This document shows positions 30,601 to 33,240 of a stretch of 33,240 bases of DNA, piece by piece. This DNA is from Perkinsus olseni (taxonomy: Eukaryota). Both the position numbers and the translations under genes were made by a program. Numbering within the stretch: position 1 is the first letter of the stretch; each line of letters opens with the position of its first letter. The notes below the pieces were generated by a model, which worked only from the letters and a program-made list of their open reading frames with translations, made no database searches and was not told the origin of the DNA. The stretch is taken from contig JABANN010000389.1 in the NCBI GenBank assembly GCA_013115125.1, positions 1 to 33,240 of the forward strand. The letters are read 5' to 3'.

Positions 30601-32464
30601 CAATTTCCGCGCCAATTCGTACTTCAAGCACTCGTCATCATGAGGGCCTGTGTGATGATAGCTCATCCAAAAGTAAAACTGTCGATAACTAAAAATGATT
30701 CATAACGTAAAGATGATTTTTTGGTGATTTTCTCACGTGTGCCCTAGGCACAGATCTCCGTCAGGGCAGGATTGCTCCGCACTATGGGGGTTGTGGTAAT
30801 ACATAAAATTGAGTAGTTCCCTTTCGTAGCCCTCCCTAAAAACTGATGATAAAGAGAACCGCTGTTGTTCATCTTTTTCACCTCATGATATCTTTTATTT
30901 TGGTATCATTGATGGTACCCTCCCTCAGCTGGACGCAGCTGTCAACGTACATACTCCAGGTGCGATATATATTGTCAACAGCGTATCTAATAATAACAAT
31001 AATCCCCTTACAAAATATCTTATGTCGAAGCGTGGGCGCGCCGAGTTGACCCCGTAAAAAGCTCCGGTACGCCCTACGTTAAGTCTTAATACTACTATAT
31101 TTTTCCGATTGCATTCTAAACAACAAAACGGGAGCGTGAACTACCCTATCGATTGGTGAATCGACAAGGCAACGACATGACACGGCAGTCAGAGCACTCG
31201 GCCAGTTGACAGCTGAATTGTAAGCAAATGAAAGCGCTTTCAAATGGTGAGAAAAACTATCCTACTGCCGAGGGTGACCCTCAACTTTGCCAATTACTGA
31301 GACCATTTATTTCAGCTGGAGGAATGGTCAGCAGCAGCAGCAGCAGCCTACAGTCGTCTCACTCTGTGTGTATCGTACAGCCCACCAACGCACGTCACGG
31401 ACGACAGTAAGCTCACGACGAGCTCTCCCTCTAGCGAAGGATCGCAATAAAATCCGTACTGGATTAGCTTCACCTTTGGCCGTCGAAGTAGTGGCACGTT
31501 TTGGGGAAGCGTCATTGACGACGTGGCGACAGAATCCCTGGGCTTACTGCGGACTGGTCGACATATCTTCGAAGTGCCCGTTGACCTCGAACTGCGGTAT
31601 CAGAAACAGCATAGCCAGGACCAGCAGTATAACCTAAGATATCACAACATACGGTTAACAACGTATTTGTAGCATAAAATTACCTTCCTCGTTGTGAGCT
31701 CAGATAGTTTCTTCCCCACCCGACTCTCGTCGCCCATCGCTTCTTCGTCCTCATGCTTGTCATCATTCGATAACACGTCATCTTCGACGGCCACAAGGGC
31801 ATGCAAATGACCTTTTCGTCGCCTATTGGTATTATTATCGGTCTCCGGTTTCCCTTCAGCCGGGCTCGCTGCGCCCTTGCTGTGGCCTTCAGCGGAATCT
31901 TGGGACGCTGTTGACGATCTTCGCATCTTCTGTTGGTGATTGTTGGTTTCAAGCGCGGCCTTGTACAGCTTGATGATCCTCAATAAACGGATCAATCGTA
32001 TGATCCTGACGACCCTTCCCGCCCTCGTGCCGGCCCGACTGGCCCTCCCGGCCCGCGCGACCCTGGCATCGCTGCTACCACCTCCACCACCGAACAAAGC
32101 TTCGGCGACGAATGTTAGATCCAGTATGAGTGATGCTGTGGATAACGAGTCCAGGAAGAAGAAGAAGGACCAGATATACCCTTCTTTGCCGACGGACGCC
32201 GCTGTCACCTGAAACCACCAAAAAAAATTTTCAATCATCATCATGGGGACGGGGAAATTACCTCGATGACGAAGATGACCAAGGAGATCGACGTGAGAAC
32301 GTCGAAGGTCGTATCAGCAGACTGGGAGGTTGAACTGACTCGGATGTCATCACCAAACAACGCGTATATTGTGATAACGGAGGTTATGAACCTGACAGTA
32401 GTAACGACAAAATCGCCGGGGATAAACACCCTGAGAGAAGGTCTCTGACAAACAATTTTCCCAT
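27611..32464 (-). CDS. Alveolate-type ion-channel/adenylyl cyclase fusion (Plasmodium AC-alpha/Paramecium AC-like), multi-exon; 5' end uncertain
   Basis: Exons encode TIYALFGDD, YIWSFFFFLD, the S4-like RAGRASRAGTRAGRVVRIIRLIRLLRIIKLYK, ESRVGKKLSELTTRK, LVLRPIERM, the pore-like GGLLAVGFGEAG, the class III cyclase motifs GFCDIRQF and GAIGSEFKIDASYLSPNVNMASRL, and the C-terminal DGPS...W-GYRALTEK*. Confidence 0.92.
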
Positions 32465-33170
32465 CACTTCAATCGAACTGTGCAAGAGAAACGTCCACGA
32501 GAAATGAGCACATCGGTGAGAGTCTATGAAAGGGGCCCACTGACCACTGGCAGCGGAATCGTTCTGAAGACGCTGTAAATGGGAACCGATCATGGGCAGT
32601 TCATTGAAGGCAGCCGAGCAGGCAGCACTGGAAGCCAGGTCTATTGTCACTGTGAGTGTCGCTGTAGCACAGTGGACTGATACACTAGCCACTATTGAAA
32701 CGAGCATTGGACTAGAAAGTCGCCCTCACAACCAACACGATCTTACGAAAATATGGTATTATCAACCAGCAGGCCACACCAATATTTGATCCTTGCCGTC
32801 AACGATGGACGCTCAATCACAAGTTGAGCCAAGAGCTTCGACCCAGCCGAGGTCCTGAAAGACAGGGTAATGGTCTTTACTGGTGTTTCTGGTAATAGTG
32901 GTACAAGACTGGACGATCATCGTTGCTTTCCCTTCTCTCGTTGCTTGTCTTTGTGATAATGTTAATTTTCGAAGGGGTCCTTGGCGGAGGGTCGAAGATA
33001 ATGATAACGTAATGCTACATGAATGAGCTCAGCGTCAACCTAAGATTCGCCTTGGACCAGCGGGGACGCCGGGAAACGGACAGAACGCGCGATAGCGTTA
33101 GGAAAATGCAAGTTGGCAAGATTCGTCAAGATTGAGCTCGCTCAAACCAAAAAATGGAATATGCTTGCCG

Positions 33171-33201
33171 GCGCCCGAAACTTACTTCGCGCGCCCGAAA
33201 A
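33171..33201. promoter_or_regulatory. Tandem GCGCCCGAAA motif (E2F-like), upstream of the cyclase
   Basis: gcgcccgaaa at 33171 and 33191; the same motif occurs at 91-100. Confidence 0.3.
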
Positions 33202-33240
33202 TTACTTTCAATGCCCATAAAGTACTTTTGAGTCCCCGCG

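Noticed and set aside
31329-31347. (CAG)n as a polyglutamine tract
   Set aside because: It lies antisense within a probable cyclase intron and is a simple microsatellite.
27816-32789. Numerous plus-strand ORFs over the cyclase
   Set aside because: Antisense shadows of the minus-strand exons.

Overview
Eukaryotic, intron-rich alveolate DNA, most likely Perkinsus sp. This is an inference from short GT-AG introns, lineage-specific secreted-protein families and an alveolate ion-channel/adenylyl cyclase fusion. Supported genes: two 11-exon alpha/beta-hydrolase (monoglyceride lipase-like) paralogues with identical intron positions, seen only as fragments in the ORF track; three paralogous secreted 'PSSDDVPPG-Y' proteins (one frameshifted, one with an exact 90-bp internal duplication); two recently duplicated minus-strand secreted or membrane proteins with a hypervariable centre, plus degenerate relatives; one further secreted protein; a probable pepsin-like aspartic protease fragment; and a multi-exon channel-fused adenylyl cyclase with altered active-site residues. 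An assembly gap with homopolymer junk lies at about 17.7-17.9 kb. The most unusual signal is non-coding: intergenic DNA is packed with sequence-unrelated, often overlapping perfect palindromes centred on exactly one unpaired base (12 with arms >=7 bp in about 625 bp, and others up to 59 nt long). One coincides with an indel between paralogous segments, which suggests a fold-back/template-switch DNA-writing process.
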